A stretch of DNA of 64,000 bases from contig OZ336882.1 in NCBI GenBank assembly GCA_965287045.1, positions 18,538,001-18,602,000 on the forward strand, in the 5' to 3' direction. The number at the start of each line of letters is the position of its first letter. Position 1 is the first letter of the stretch. The notes beneath the pieces were generated by a model, which made no database searches, was not told where the DNA came from, and saw only the letters and a program-made list of their open reading frames with translations. The DNA comes from Carcharhinus amblyrhynchos (Eukaryota). Below, piece by piece: positions 13,046 to 24,399 of this stretch. Both the position numbers and the translations under genes were made by a program.

Positions 13046-13464
13046 CTCTACTGTATGTGGCTCAACGACTAAGTGGAACAGCTTCTGTGTGTCCTGAGCT
13101 AGTCAACCGAAGAGTTAGTATCAGTGTTGGGGAGGCAAATACATTGAACGATTTCTGCCTTTAATGTTCGTGGGTGGAGAATAACCAACAGTGAAGGTTA
13201 CATCCCTGAAAATCTATAAACTTCAAAAGCAGTGGAGATGTTTTCAGAAAATGCTTAGCGAGACCTAACACCCTGCAAATGAATAAGAGCTAGGGCTGAG
13301 TGTTTTGGAATGCTTTGACATCCAGTGTGTGGGACAGATATAATTGCTGAGATCTTGAGGTCTCGTAATCAATAAAAAGGCTGCAACAAAGCTCAGTATT
13401 GCTAAACTAATGTTATTAACTTGGAAGATGACACTTGACTGGTACACTGCTTGTGGTTGATCAT

Positions 13465-14358
13465 AGAACAAAGAAAATTACAGCACAGGAACAGACTCTT
13501 TGGCCCTCTAAACCTGCATCGACCATGCTGCCCCACTGAACTAAAACCCCGTACCCTTCCAGGGATCATATCCCTCCACTCCCATCCTATTCATTTATTT
13601 GTCAAGACGCCCCGTAAAAGTCACTATCATACCTGTTTCCATGACCTTCCCTGGCAGCGAGTTCCAGACACTTACCATCCTCTGTGTAAAAACCTATCCT
13701 CATACATCTCCTTTAAACATTGCTCCTCACACCTTAAACCTGTGCCCCTTACTTATTGACTCTTCCACCCTGGGAAAAAGCTTCTGACTATCCACTCTAT
13801 CCATGCCCCTCATAATCTTGAAGACTTTTATTACGTCGCCCCTCAACCTCTGTCATTCCAGTGAGAACAAACCAAGTTTCTTCTACCTCTCTTCATAGCT
13901 AATGCCCTCCATACAAGGCAACATCCTGGTAAATCTTTCCTGTACTCTCTCCAAAGCCTCCATATCCTTCTGGTAGTGTGGCGACCAGAATTGAACACTA
14001 TATTCCAAGTGCAGCCTAACTAAGGTTCTATAAAGTTGCAACATGACTTGCCAACTTTTAAACTCAATGTCCTGGCCGATGAAGGCAGGCATGCCTGATG
14101 CTTTCTTGAGTACCTTCTCCATCTGCGCTGCACTTTCAGTGACTGCGTACCTGTATACCCAGATCCCTCTGCCTATCAATACTCCTAAGGGTTCTGCCAT
14201 TTACTGAATATTTCCTATCTCTGTTTGACCTTCCAAAATGCATTACCTCACATTTGTCCAGATTAAACTCCATTTGCCATCTCTCTGCCCAGGTCTCCAA
14301 CCAATCTATATCCTGTTATATCCTCTGAAGGTCCTCATCACTAGCTGCAAATCCACCA
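13465..14358 (-). mobile_element. CR1 LINE 3' fragment (older subfamily, tttctttgttct tail)
   Basis: ORF 13883..14200 (MLQLYRTLVRLHLEYSVQFWSP...ERVQERFTRMLP). Confidence 0.9.
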
Positions 14359-14619
14359 CCATCTATTACTACTTCCATTTTCTGAAACATCATCCTCCAC
14401 AAATACTATTGGACAGAGTTACAGTCCAAAGCAACTTTCTTAAATGGATAAAATTCTGTAGGGAATAACTGTGTGAATAAAGCTTTTCCAAATTAATCAG
14501 AAGCTAAGTCCTTTGTACAGTGCAAGTATTAAACAGAGCACTATAATCACCTCAGTGTTCAGATATTTTACTCCCCAATGCCAGCTGCAGCAGTTCTGTC
14601 CATCCTTCAACTTGTACCA

Positions 14620-14816
14620 CATACTTACCCTGCTAATCCCCTGACACTAAGGGATCATTTAGCATGGCCAATCCACCTAACCTGCACATCTTTGGATTGT
14701 GGCAGAAAACCAGAGCACCCGGAGGAAACCCATGCAAACTCTGCACAGACTGTGATCAGAGGTTGGAATTGAACCTGGATCCTTGGCACTGTAAAGCAGC
14801 AACGCTAACCACTGTT
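14620..14816 (-). mobile_element. HE1-like V-SINE, partial
   Basis: V-core and head motifs. Confidence 0.8.
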
Positions 14817-15984
14817 CGACCATTCCACCCACTTACGTTGCATGTTCAATCTTGAATGCAGTCCTTGAAAGCAGTAGGTAATTTCCAACAGGGCTCCATG
14901 AATGGAGTGACTTTATTGATGACTGTACTGTAGCGTGTTTGGAGCATCCAGCAATTTTCCCCCTCTCTCTGTTAACCTGAATATACTGAAACCCAAATTC
15001 AAAAAATCCCCAGCATCCAGTCATGTGAATTGGCTGGTTGTGTACAAACACCTGTGTTCCCTAGATAGAAACCTAAATAGAATATATTATGCTCGTTTCA
15101 GGGCCGGTATATCCCTTACCTACTCATGGCCCGTCAACAATTTCCAACAGCAAATATTGGCCCTACAGTCTGCATGCTAGTCCTTTTCACGAAGAGGTGC
15201 CTCTAATTATTTCAATTGTAGCAATCGGTTTATTGAATTCAGCATAATCTTCAGCCATGATACCAAATTCCTTCGTGATGGCAGATACACAGAAAAGAAA
15301 TTCACAGATGAAAACAACTAACAATCTTATCTATCCTTATATCTTTCATTCTCAAATAAAGTGTGATAGTCTCAATGACTTGAATGAACAAAGCTCTGGT
15401 TTTGTAGCAGCAATACAGGATAGTTATATCCTTGCACAGTACGAGCTAATCCCTTAAACATAGAAAGACATCAGAATCTCTTGTTCATCAGATTATAAAC
15501 TAGCCCCTGGCTTCAATAATGCAATCATTTCCCAACCTTGTCATTTTTGTCCGTTATTCCCTGTATGTTCAGAAGTTGGTCCAGTTTCGAATTCCTGTTT
15601 TTAACCCTTCAGGTGTCAAATATTGCACAATCCTTAGCAATGTTGATGTACGGTTTCCCAGACCAGCTTCAACATTGTTTCATGCATGCAAACAATTAAT
15701 CTTCGTACTTAAATGCAAATGCTAAATGTCCTGGAAAACATGTCCACTTTACATGTTTTCATCAAACACAAAAAAATTATACAATGAGCCAACCAGTTCT
15801 TACACATGAAAGGAAAAATTTGCTAATTACATCAAGGAAATAAGCCAATTTAATCGTTGAGTAAATTAGGCAAGCAATTTAAACTTTGCTGCTGTCGGAT
15901 GTAATTATTTCATTGTCAAAAGGATTTAAACATTATGGGTTAATGTGATATTTTCCTCCCTCCCTCAGAAACAAACAAGATGCA

Positions 15985-16293
15985 GAAGGGGTTTGAGAAA
16001 ACTAGAACACAGGATCACAAACTCAGGATAAAGGATTCATTATTTAGGACTGAGATGAGGAGGATTTTCTTCACTCAAATAGCTGTGAACCTTTGGCCTT
16101 CTCTACCCCAATGCATTGCAGGTGCTCTATTGTTGGGTGTTTGGGACACTGAGATAACTAGATCTCTGATCGCTCAGGAATTAATGGGAGTGGGTGGGAA
16201 AGCAGATTGAGATAGTTGATCAGCCAATGATTATTTTGAATGCTGGGGCAGGCTTAAGGTACCATATTGTCTATTATTCTTATTATGTTCTTG
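15985..16293 (+). mobile_element. Old CR1 3' end
   Basis: TRTQDHKLRIKDSLFRTEMRRIFFTQIAVNLW plus a ttatgttct tail. Confidence 0.8.
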
Positions 16294-16609
16294 TGTAAGC
16301 TTCTTAATATTCTCAATGTAGGTAAAAATAGATTGCATTGAAAATGATTAAATAGCTATAGTACAAAGTATCCCATAACATGCAATTATTTAGAATCAAA
16401 AATGTAGACTCAAAGGGTACAATCTTCTCGGCTGTTCAGACCCTGCTGCTGCTTCAGTGAGGACAGAGAATTTGGTACCAAATGAAAACTCTGTTCACTG
16501 CAGCAGGATGAGAAAATCCTGCTGGCCTGAGCAACTGTAAGATTCCAGTCAAGTTTTTTTTTAACTTTTTTCACTCCAAAATATCTCTCGTCTTGGTATT
16601 GATTCCCTA

Positions 16610-16772
16610 GCTGATCTTTCTCTATGACTGTAACATAATATTCTGCACCCCCTCCTTTCCTTCTCCTCTATGCATTCTATGTATGGCATGTTTCGCCTGT
16701 ACAGTGTGTAAGAAATAATACTTTTCACTGTATCCTAATACATGTGATAGTAATAAATCAAATCAAATCAAA
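16610..16772 (+). mobile_element. Rex1/Babar-like LINE 3' UTR
   Basis: ...cttttcactgtatcctaatacatgtgatagtaataaatcaaatcaaatc tail. Confidence 0.75.
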
Positions 16773-17282
16773 GCTGGGGCATAGTTCGATGGACAGTGAC
16801 TATTCTCTTTTTCTCACCTGTGCCTTCGTCCAGACAAAGTTCAGAGGCTGCCCAACTGTTTATGATATCAAAGAGGTGTGAAATCTTCTACAACTGATCT
16901 GCTTCTTAACACATTTGTCTCGCCTTCATGCAGAGTCCCCACAAAAGCACTTCTAACAATCAAGCAATCAGGGACAAGATCACTCTGTCTGCTCTATTCT
17001 TCCTTCGCCTGACTGAGGGGAACTATTCGTGTGGTTCCTCACTGAAGTATCATCATAAATGGTTCCTGGGTGCGTTTAGCAGAAATTACTGGAAACAAGG
17101 CCTCCAGGAATTTTTAACTATTTATTAAGTATGTACAGCCATGCGAGGTGGATAAGCATGAGGCTCCTTTCAAGAACAATCTTTCTCTGAGTTCCAGTGA
17201 CGCTTGATCTGACATCACTGATACTGTATATTAGATTTTAGCATAATAGCTACTATTTCTTTATATCATATCTGTCCCCACT

Positions 17283-17310
17283 CCCCCCCCCCCCCCCCCC
17301 CCCCCCCCCC
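17283..17310. repeat. Poly-C homopolymer (28 nt)
   Basis: Read directly. Confidence 0.95.
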
Positions 17311-17594
17311 ATGTCTTTGATGCCGGGTTTACCAGTGTGCTGCTTTGGATTTGGGTAGAGGGAGGAATTTTTCCATGATCGTCTGTTGTTTTTAACACAA
17401 CGTCTTGGGCTCCATTTGCGTTCTGATTCCCTGCCGCCGTTGTTCTCTGGCTGCCGTCTATTCAATGGCTTTCATTTCTCACCAGCAGCAGTTTCAGCAG
17501 CGAAAATTCAACAAACACTGAAAGGAAATCTGTTGAGAACTCGCATGCTTCACCGTCTTTACACTTTGGGCTGTTTGATATATTTACCATTTAG

Positions 17595-18537
17595 TGGGGT
17601 GGCGCGGTGCCTGACAGCGCCAGGGACCTGGGTTTGATTCCCACCTTGAGTCACTGTCTATGTGGAGTTTGCACATTCTTCCCATGTCTGTGTGGGTTTC
17701 CTCTGGGTGTTCCAGTTTCTTTCACAAAGAACAAAGAAAATTACAGCAAAGGAACAGGCCCTTTGGCCCTCCAAGCCTGTACCAACCATGCTGCCCAGCT
17801 TAACTAAAACCTCCTACCCTTCCAGGGACCAGATCCCGCTATTCCCATCCTATTCATGTATTTGTCACCAATCTGCCATGAGGGACCTTGTCAAAAGCCT
17901 TACTGAAGTCCACGTAGACAACATCCACTGCCCTACCCTCATCAATCATCTTCGTCACTTCCTCAAAAATCTCGAACAAGTTTGTGAGACACGACCTCCT
18001 GTTCACAAAACCATGGTGCCTTTCACCAATATGTCCACTTATTTCCAAGTGGGAATAAATCCTGTCTCGAAGAACCCTCTCCAATAATTTCCCTACCACT
18101 GATGTAAGGTTCACTGGCTTGTAATTACCTGGATTATTCTTGCTACTCTTGTTAAACAAAGGAACAACACTGGCTATTCTCCAATCCTCTGGGACCTTCC
18201 CTGTAGCCAGTGAGGATACAAAGATTTCTCTCAAGGCCCCAGCAATTTCCTCCTTTGCCTCTCTTACTATTCTGGGATATATCCCATCAGGCCCTGGAGA
18301 CTTGTCCACCTTGATGTTTCTTAAGAACTCCAATACCTCCTTTTTGATCTCAATATGATTCAAACTATTTATACATCCTTTCCCAGTCCAAAGATGTGCA
18401 GGTTACGTGCATTGGCCATGCTAAATTTTCCTTCAGTGTACCCAAACAATCGCCAGAGTCTGATGACTGAAGGATTTTCACAGAAACTTCATTGCATTGT
18501 TAATGTAAGCCTACTTGTGACTAATAAATAAACTTTA
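17595..18537 (+). mobile_element. V-SINE with tail B, split by a CR1 insertion
   Basis: Head/core at 17595-17723; resumes at 18383 (cagtccaaagatgtg) and ends gtaagcctacttgtgactaataaataaacttt. Confidence 0.8.
17724..18383 (-). mobile_element. Internally deleted CR1 fragment (tether/RT N-terminus joined to the 3' UTR)
   Basis: ORF 17854..18363 (KSPGPDGIYPRI...EDWRIASVVPLF...VDFSKAFDKVPHGRL) runs directly into the 3' UTR/tail at ~17724-17866. Confidence 0.85.
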
Positions 18538-19071
18538 AACCACAGCATAAAGCGCCATAGTTTTTGAGGATATTCAGCAAAGACAACTGGAAAACAAGTC
18601 CTGCGGGAACTTGAAAAAAATGTATTAATTTTATATAACCATGCACAGGGATGAATAAGCATGGGGCTCCTTGAAGAACTGTCTCTGTTTGAGTTCCAGT
18701 GAAACATAATCTGATATCAGTTAGTTACTTGCATATTAGCTATTAACCTTTATAGTGCACGCACAAATGAGTGACCTTCAGCAATGGCCTTTACTTTCTT
18801 TGTTATCTGGAACTTAGCCTTCAACTAAATGGTATAAGTACCCAAGGCTTTTCTGTGATTAATCAAATTTTGCATTTAGAATGAGGTTGGCCCTCAATCA
18901 GTCCTGCTCCGCAGGTGTACTTCGTGTTGGGACTGGTACCAAAGACCTCCTTGGAATCGGCCCAAAGTGTAAAGACAGTGGAGCGTACGAGTTCTTCATT
19001 GAGTTTCCTTCAGCGTTTGTAGAATTTAGATTTTCTGAAGCTGAGCATCCAGTGGTCCTATCAATTAGACT

Positions 19072-19122
19072 GGCGGGGCTTCTGATTGGTCATTGTGCAA
19101 TCTACGATAAGTTATGTAAATG
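19072..19122 (-). promoter_or_regulatory. Candidate promoter/enhancer motif cluster
   Basis: Within ~50 bp of unique sequence: GC box ggcggggc (19072), CCAAT box on minus (ctgattggtc, 19082), C/EBP-like attgtgcaat (19092), gataag (19106) and ttatgtaa (19112). Confidence 0.35.
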
Positions 19123-19294
19123 AGCATGTGGGACAGAGTCTGCAGGCTGGTACAGTGCACAAATAGATGGTTTTATCATGTAAATGTATCAATTAAATGT
19201 GGTATGTCTGCATAGAAAATGATCTGAAAATAATTTGAATCTATACAAGTAAATGAGTTTGGGGAGTACTTTCTATGCAGTGAAAGGAGGGGGC

Positions 19295-19660
19295 ATATAA
19301 GTACATAAGAGATAGGAGCAGGAGAAGGCTTGATGGCCCATCGAGCCGGCTCTGACATTCAGTGTGATCATGGCTGACCTTGGGCCCCAGCTCCACTTTC
19401 CTATCCCTTCCCCATCACCTTTGATTCCACGAGAAATCAAAAACCTGTTGATAACCGCCTCAAATGCATTTAAATGATGATGTGTCCACAACCCTCATTA
19501 GGGAAGGAATTCAAAAAATTCATAACTCTTTGAGTGAAAAGAATCCCTCTCATCGCAGTCCTCAATGGTTGGCCCCTCATCCTGAAACCAATCCCCTTTT
19601 TCCTGGTCCCCTCAAAAGAGGAAACAACTGCTCAGTACCTACCTTGTCAAACCCCCTTCG
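19295..19660 (-). mobile_element. Old CR1 3' end
   Basis: CR1 3' UTR (ataggagcagga...ggcccatcgagcc) and degenerate ORF2 end. Confidence 0.8.
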
Positions 19661-19667
19661 GAATAAT

Positions 19668-19952
19668 TTGATTTGATTTATTATTGTCACATGTATTGGT
19701 ATGCAGTGAGAAGTATTGTTTCTTGAATCCTGAACAGACAAAGCATACCATTCATAGGGAAGGAAAGGAGAGAGTGCAGAATGCGGTGTTACAGTCGTAG
19801 CTAGGATGTAGGGAAACATCAGCTTAGTGCGAGGTGGGTCCATTCAAAGTCTGATGGCAACCGGGAAGAAGCTGAGTCATTTGGTGCCTAACTGCAGAAT
19901 TTTGTATCTTTTTCCTGATGGAAGAAGGTGGAAAAGAATATGTCCAGGGTGC
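19668..19952 (-). mobile_element. Rex1/Babar-like LINE 3' end
   Basis: tttgatttgatttattattgtcacatg reverse tail, same family as 5789-6047. Confidence 0.8.
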
Positions 19953-19969
19953 ATTGTTTATTTCAATGA

Positions 19970-20275
19970 TAGAATGCAGAAGGAGGCCATTCGACCCATC
20001 GATTCTGCATTGACAACAATCCCACCCAGGCCTTATCCCCATAACCCTGCATATTTATCCCACTAATCCCTCTGATCTTTGAATGCTGAGACTCTCATGG
20101 GCAATTTAATATGGCTGATCAACCTAACCTGTACATTTTTGGACTGTGGGAGGAAATCCACGCAGACACGGGGAGAATGTGCAAACTCCCCACAGATAGT
20201 GACCCAAGCTGGGAATCGAACCCAGGTTGCTGGAGTTATGAGGCAGCAGTGTTTGACCATTGTGCCACCGTGCTA
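19970..20275 (-). mobile_element. HE1-like V-SINE
   Basis: Head, core and tail motifs. Confidence 0.85.
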
Positions 20276-20880
20276 CCCCTGTTGCATTGCAATGTGTATA
20301 GCATCAATTATGGCACAGAAGTTCCCCAGCTGCAATACCTTGAGAAGGGGCAATTCCTGGATCTGCAAACACTGTCAGGATGTCAACAGCTCTGCTTCAG
20401 TTGAAGATATTCTTGGGATAGGTCAGGTCTGACATTAGTCAGCTTAATGATGGCCAAGTTTTGAAATATCATCACAGCTTTCAGAGAGTAGGGTCAGGAA
20501 AGCTAAATGACCAAACTGGTATAGTGTCAGAATTTTGCAACAGTTGACACTTGCAGGAATACAAATGTTTTCAATTCCATTAACCTCAATCACAGGCAGC
20601 CAACTATCCATCACTGAGAAAGGACTAGCAGCACAAGTTTATGATGAATATTTCTGCTATCCTCCAGAAAGATTTGGACAGTCACTTTATATATATGTAT
20701 AAAGAACTAAATGCAGCATTTTGCATTGTGCACTTAATCCCAGCTGTAGAATGATATAGCTCAAAGTTACAGTGAGAGTAAGCCAAAACAAGTAAATTGG
20801 TTCAATACTTGCTAGAGTTCAGGAGAATGGGAGGTGACCTGATTGACACAGGTAAGATTCTGAAGGGTTTGTCAGAGAGA

Positions 20881-21107
20881 AAGGAAAAATTGTGTGGATG
20901 CTGGAATCTCAGAAAAAAAAACAAAAAAGGCTGGGGAAACTCAGCAGGTCTGAGAGTATCTGTGGAGAGAGAATAGAGCCAATGTTTCGAGTCTGGATGA
21001 CCTTTCTTCAAAACTGCTCTGAAGAAGTGTCACCTAGACTCGAAACATTGGGTCTATTCTGTCTCCCAATTTGCTGTCAGCTTGCTGATTTTCCAAAGTA
21101 TTTTCTG
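20881..21107. mobile_element. Palindromic Penelope-like terminal mini-element (family 2) with a hammerhead-like core
   Basis: Arms ~20922-21014 and 21017-21107 are reverse complements; the right arm has ctgaaga...cgaaacatt. Confidence 0.7.
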
Positions 21108-21149
21108 TCGATAATTGAGTGGTTGTTTTCAATCACTGGTGAATCTACA

Positions 21150-21563
21150 AGAAACTACAATAGGTCATGAATGTCGCCCAATCCATCACACAAATCAGCC
21201 TCTGATTCATTGACTCTGTCCACATGTCCCACTGCCTCAGAAAAGCAGCCAGCATAATTAAGGACCCCATGCACCCCGGACATTCTCTCTTCCATCTTCT
21301 TCTGTCAGGAAGAGATACAAAAGTCTGAAGCTGCGTACCGACTAACGCAAGAACAGCTTCTTCCCTGCTGCCATCAGACTTTTGAGTGGACCTACCTCAC
21401 ACTAAGTTGACCTTTCTCTACACCCTAGCCATAACTGTAACACTACATTCTGCACTCTCTCCTTTCTTTCTCTATAAACGGTATGCTTTTTCTGTATAGC
21501 ACGCAAGAAACAATACTTTTTACATATATGAATACACGTGACATAATAAATCAAATCAAATCA
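21150..21563 (+). mobile_element. Rex1/Babar-like LINE 3' end
   Basis: HPGHSLFHLLLSGRDTK...KNSFFPAAIRLL-like reading and (aaatc)n tail. Confidence 0.85.
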
Positions 21564-22077
21564 ACAAAGAGGGCACAATCTCAGAAAAGATGGGTTGAAT
21601 ATTTAAGAGTGAAATGAGGAGAAATTTCTTCATTCAAATGATTGTGAACTTTTGAAATTCTCTACCCCAGAGGGTTCTGGGTGAAGCATGTTCAAAGCTG
21701 CGGTAGATTTTTGGTCTGTCAGTGAATCAAAGGAGATGAGAAGTGGGTATGAAAGGAGGGAAGTGAGCCACAATCATATTGAACGGTGGAGCAGACTCAA
21801 GGGGCTGAGTTGTCCTGCCCTCCTCCTATTTTAAATGTTCTTAACAGCAATTGATGTTTTGTGCCAAGGATCTGAATGCAGGTGAATGAAATGTGGGCCG
21901 GAATTTAATGTAGGCAATGGAGGCCCCATTCATTGGCTGTTAAAACTGGTGTGAACCCTACTGTGTTTTTCTCTGGGAGACCCAAGGTTGTTCCAATCGG
22001 GCACTCACTGGGCTAAGTTTGGTCCGTCTATCAAATTAAGCCCCAGGCGGCACAGAAATTATGTTCCGAGAACTGAC

Positions 22078-22345
22078 CATAGAATACCTACAGTGCAGAA
22101 GGAAGCCATTCGGCCCATCAAGTCTGCACCAGCTCTCTAACAGAGTGTCTTACCCAGATCCTAACCCTGTAAATCCACACATGCACCATAGCTAACCCGC
22201 CGAGCCTATATATCTTTGGTCACTAAGGGGCAATTCAACTTGACCGATCCACCGAATCTACAGACCTTTGGACTGTGGGAGGAAACTGGAGCGCCTGGAG
22301 AAAACCCACACAGACATGGCAAGGCGGTGCAAACTCCACACAGAA
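22078..22345 (-). mobile_element. HE1-like V-SINE, 5'-truncated
   Basis: V-core and CR1-like tail. Confidence 0.8.
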
Positions 22346-23011
22346 ATTGTAAATGTAATACATTTATTCAAGAAAGACTCTATGGTGGATTTGGGGGACA
22401 GCAGTGGGGTGGGGAGGGGTTTGATGAGAATTCCATGGAATCTGCTTTGGTGGTATCTGAGATTCATATTGAGTTGTTGTACATCTGACCACTGTTCGCC
22501 ACTTACCCAGAATATTAGAGTATATAAGATAATGTAAACTGTGTTAGCATTCTGAATTTGTGTATCTCTCTAAAGGTACGGTTAGGGTGAAGTGATTTGA
22601 ATTATTTACTGCCGATCGTATTGAGATCTTTCCAACCTTTTTGTTTAATGTAAATATTATTCATTTTTCTTGTTTAGTAAATACTTTATTCTTTGTGTTA
22701 AAAGTACATTCCCTGAAGCCTGTGTATGTGCTCAGTAACAACCCTCCACACTTTCAGAAAAAATAATAAAGGTTAGCATCTATTGAGCAATGTTTCACTC
22801 TGGGATCTGATTTGTCCAGTTGTAACATCAGCTGGGATTACAACAAGATCATTCATAACAAGGTCTTACTGACTGGCAGAACAAGCCCGAGGGGCTGAAT
22901 AGCCTACTCTATTTCTATTTTCTTATGTTTTGCAGCAGATGTGGTCAGGATTATCTGACGATGTTACTAAGATGAAAATAGGTGACAAGTGGTCATGGTG
23001 ATTACGTGTTA

Positions 23012-23318
23012 GGGCGGCACGGTGGCACAGTGGTTAGCACTGCTGCTTCACAGTGTCAGGGACCCGGGTTCGATTCCTGGCTTGCGTCACTGTCTGTGTG
23101 GAGTTTGCACATTCTCCCCGTGTCTGCATGGGTTTCATCTGGGCAGTCCAAAGATGTGCTGGCTAGGTGGATTGACCATGATAAATTGTCCCTTAGTGTC
23201 AGAGGGACTCTAGTTAGGGTAAATGCATGGGGTTTTGGGGGTAGGGCTTAGGTGGGATTGTGGTTGGTATTAGACACAATGGGCTGTGTGCTTCCCTTCT
23301 GCACTGTAGGATTCTATG
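23012..23318 (+). mobile_element. HE1-like V-SINE, full length
   Basis: gggcggcacggtggcacagtggttagc (A box), gggttcgattcc (B box), V-core, tail ctgtaggattctatg. Confidence 0.92.
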
Positions 23319-23456
23319 CGGATATGTCACAGATTAAACAAATTGATCTGGACTATATATGATTGTAGGTGTTCTGTTAACATACCAATCTGATCTAAAT
23401 CATACCAGAGGAGTTTCAACAAATTAAATCAGAATATACTTATTTACAGTTGTTAT

Positions 23457-24060
23457 AATTCTGGCTGACCAGCATTTATTAGCCACCTCTAATTAAAAGG
23501 GTAGTACTTAACCATCTTGAACCACTAAAGTCAATGTCTTGTCAGGGAGGAGCACCAGATGGGAAGCTGTGTGTTTGTGAGATGCAGTTGAAAAGCATGA
23601 GTGATTTCTACCATCTAGCTTGTAGATAGTATAGACTGCAGCAATGGTAAGGAAGTGCTGGAGACTGTGAAGGTTTTCGTTGGCAGATGAGGTGTCAGTT
23701 AAAGAGTTACTTTGTTCTGGATGCTGTCGATCTTCGTGAGTGTTGCTGGAGCTGCACTCATCCAGACACGTGAAGAGCATTACGTAATTATCTGTGCCTT
23801 ATTGGTTGGTGAAGACACTCTGGGGAGTCGGGGGCTGAGTTACTTGCTGCAGAATATTCAGCGTCTGATGTACTCTTGCAACCATGGTTTTATGTGGTCC
23901 GTCAGTTAAGTTTCCGGTCAATGATGACCCCAAGGATGGTAGGGGAGCATGAGTTGATCGCTGTTTGATTAATTATTCTTAGAGTCGAGCAATTGTAATG
24001 CAATTAAATGTCAAGTGTGGTTAGAATGCTTCTTCTCGGTATGGTCATTACCTCATACTT
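23457..24060 (-). mobile_element. Degenerate 3' region of the tRNA-headed CR1-group LINE family
   Basis: Aligns by eye with 47585-48068 and 40044-40390 (gagtgttgctggagctgcactcatccag). Confidence 0.7.
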
Positions 24061-24399
24061 GAGGTGTGGCACATATGTCTTTTACAAAGTTTTAGCTCAA
24101 ACTTGAACCTCACCTCTCATCAATCAATCTCATTGCTGATTTCTGCGTAGCGACCTGTGATGCCCCCACCCCCCATTGCTCATGTAGCAATGGCAGATGA
24201 AAATAGGATCAAGTTTGTTCTCTATGCCCTCTCCCCAGTTTAATGAACAACCTGCCACTTGTTTTTGAATCTACACATAGAAACAAGTCGGGATTCTTAT
24301 TTATTTTGTGAATGCAATGTTCCTAAGCCAAGTAGTTTCTGCCTGTCTTCTGTGTTGAATGTGGGCATTCTTCTGTGATGCGGTGCACAGTTTGCTCTC

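Larger units (their letters stand above)
20805..21842 (+). mobile_element. Old CR1 3' end interrupted by a Penelope-like hairpin and a Rex1-like fragment
   Basis: LEFRRMGGDLID...KILKG (20810-20870), fragment at ~21110-21150, then gagggcacaatctcag...gaaatgaggagaaatttcttc (21568 onward) and the tail. Confidence 0.75.

Noticed and set aside
23012-23085. tRNA-like sequences with A and B boxes (many copies)
   Set aside because: These are SINE heads followed by V-core and tail, not tRNA genes.
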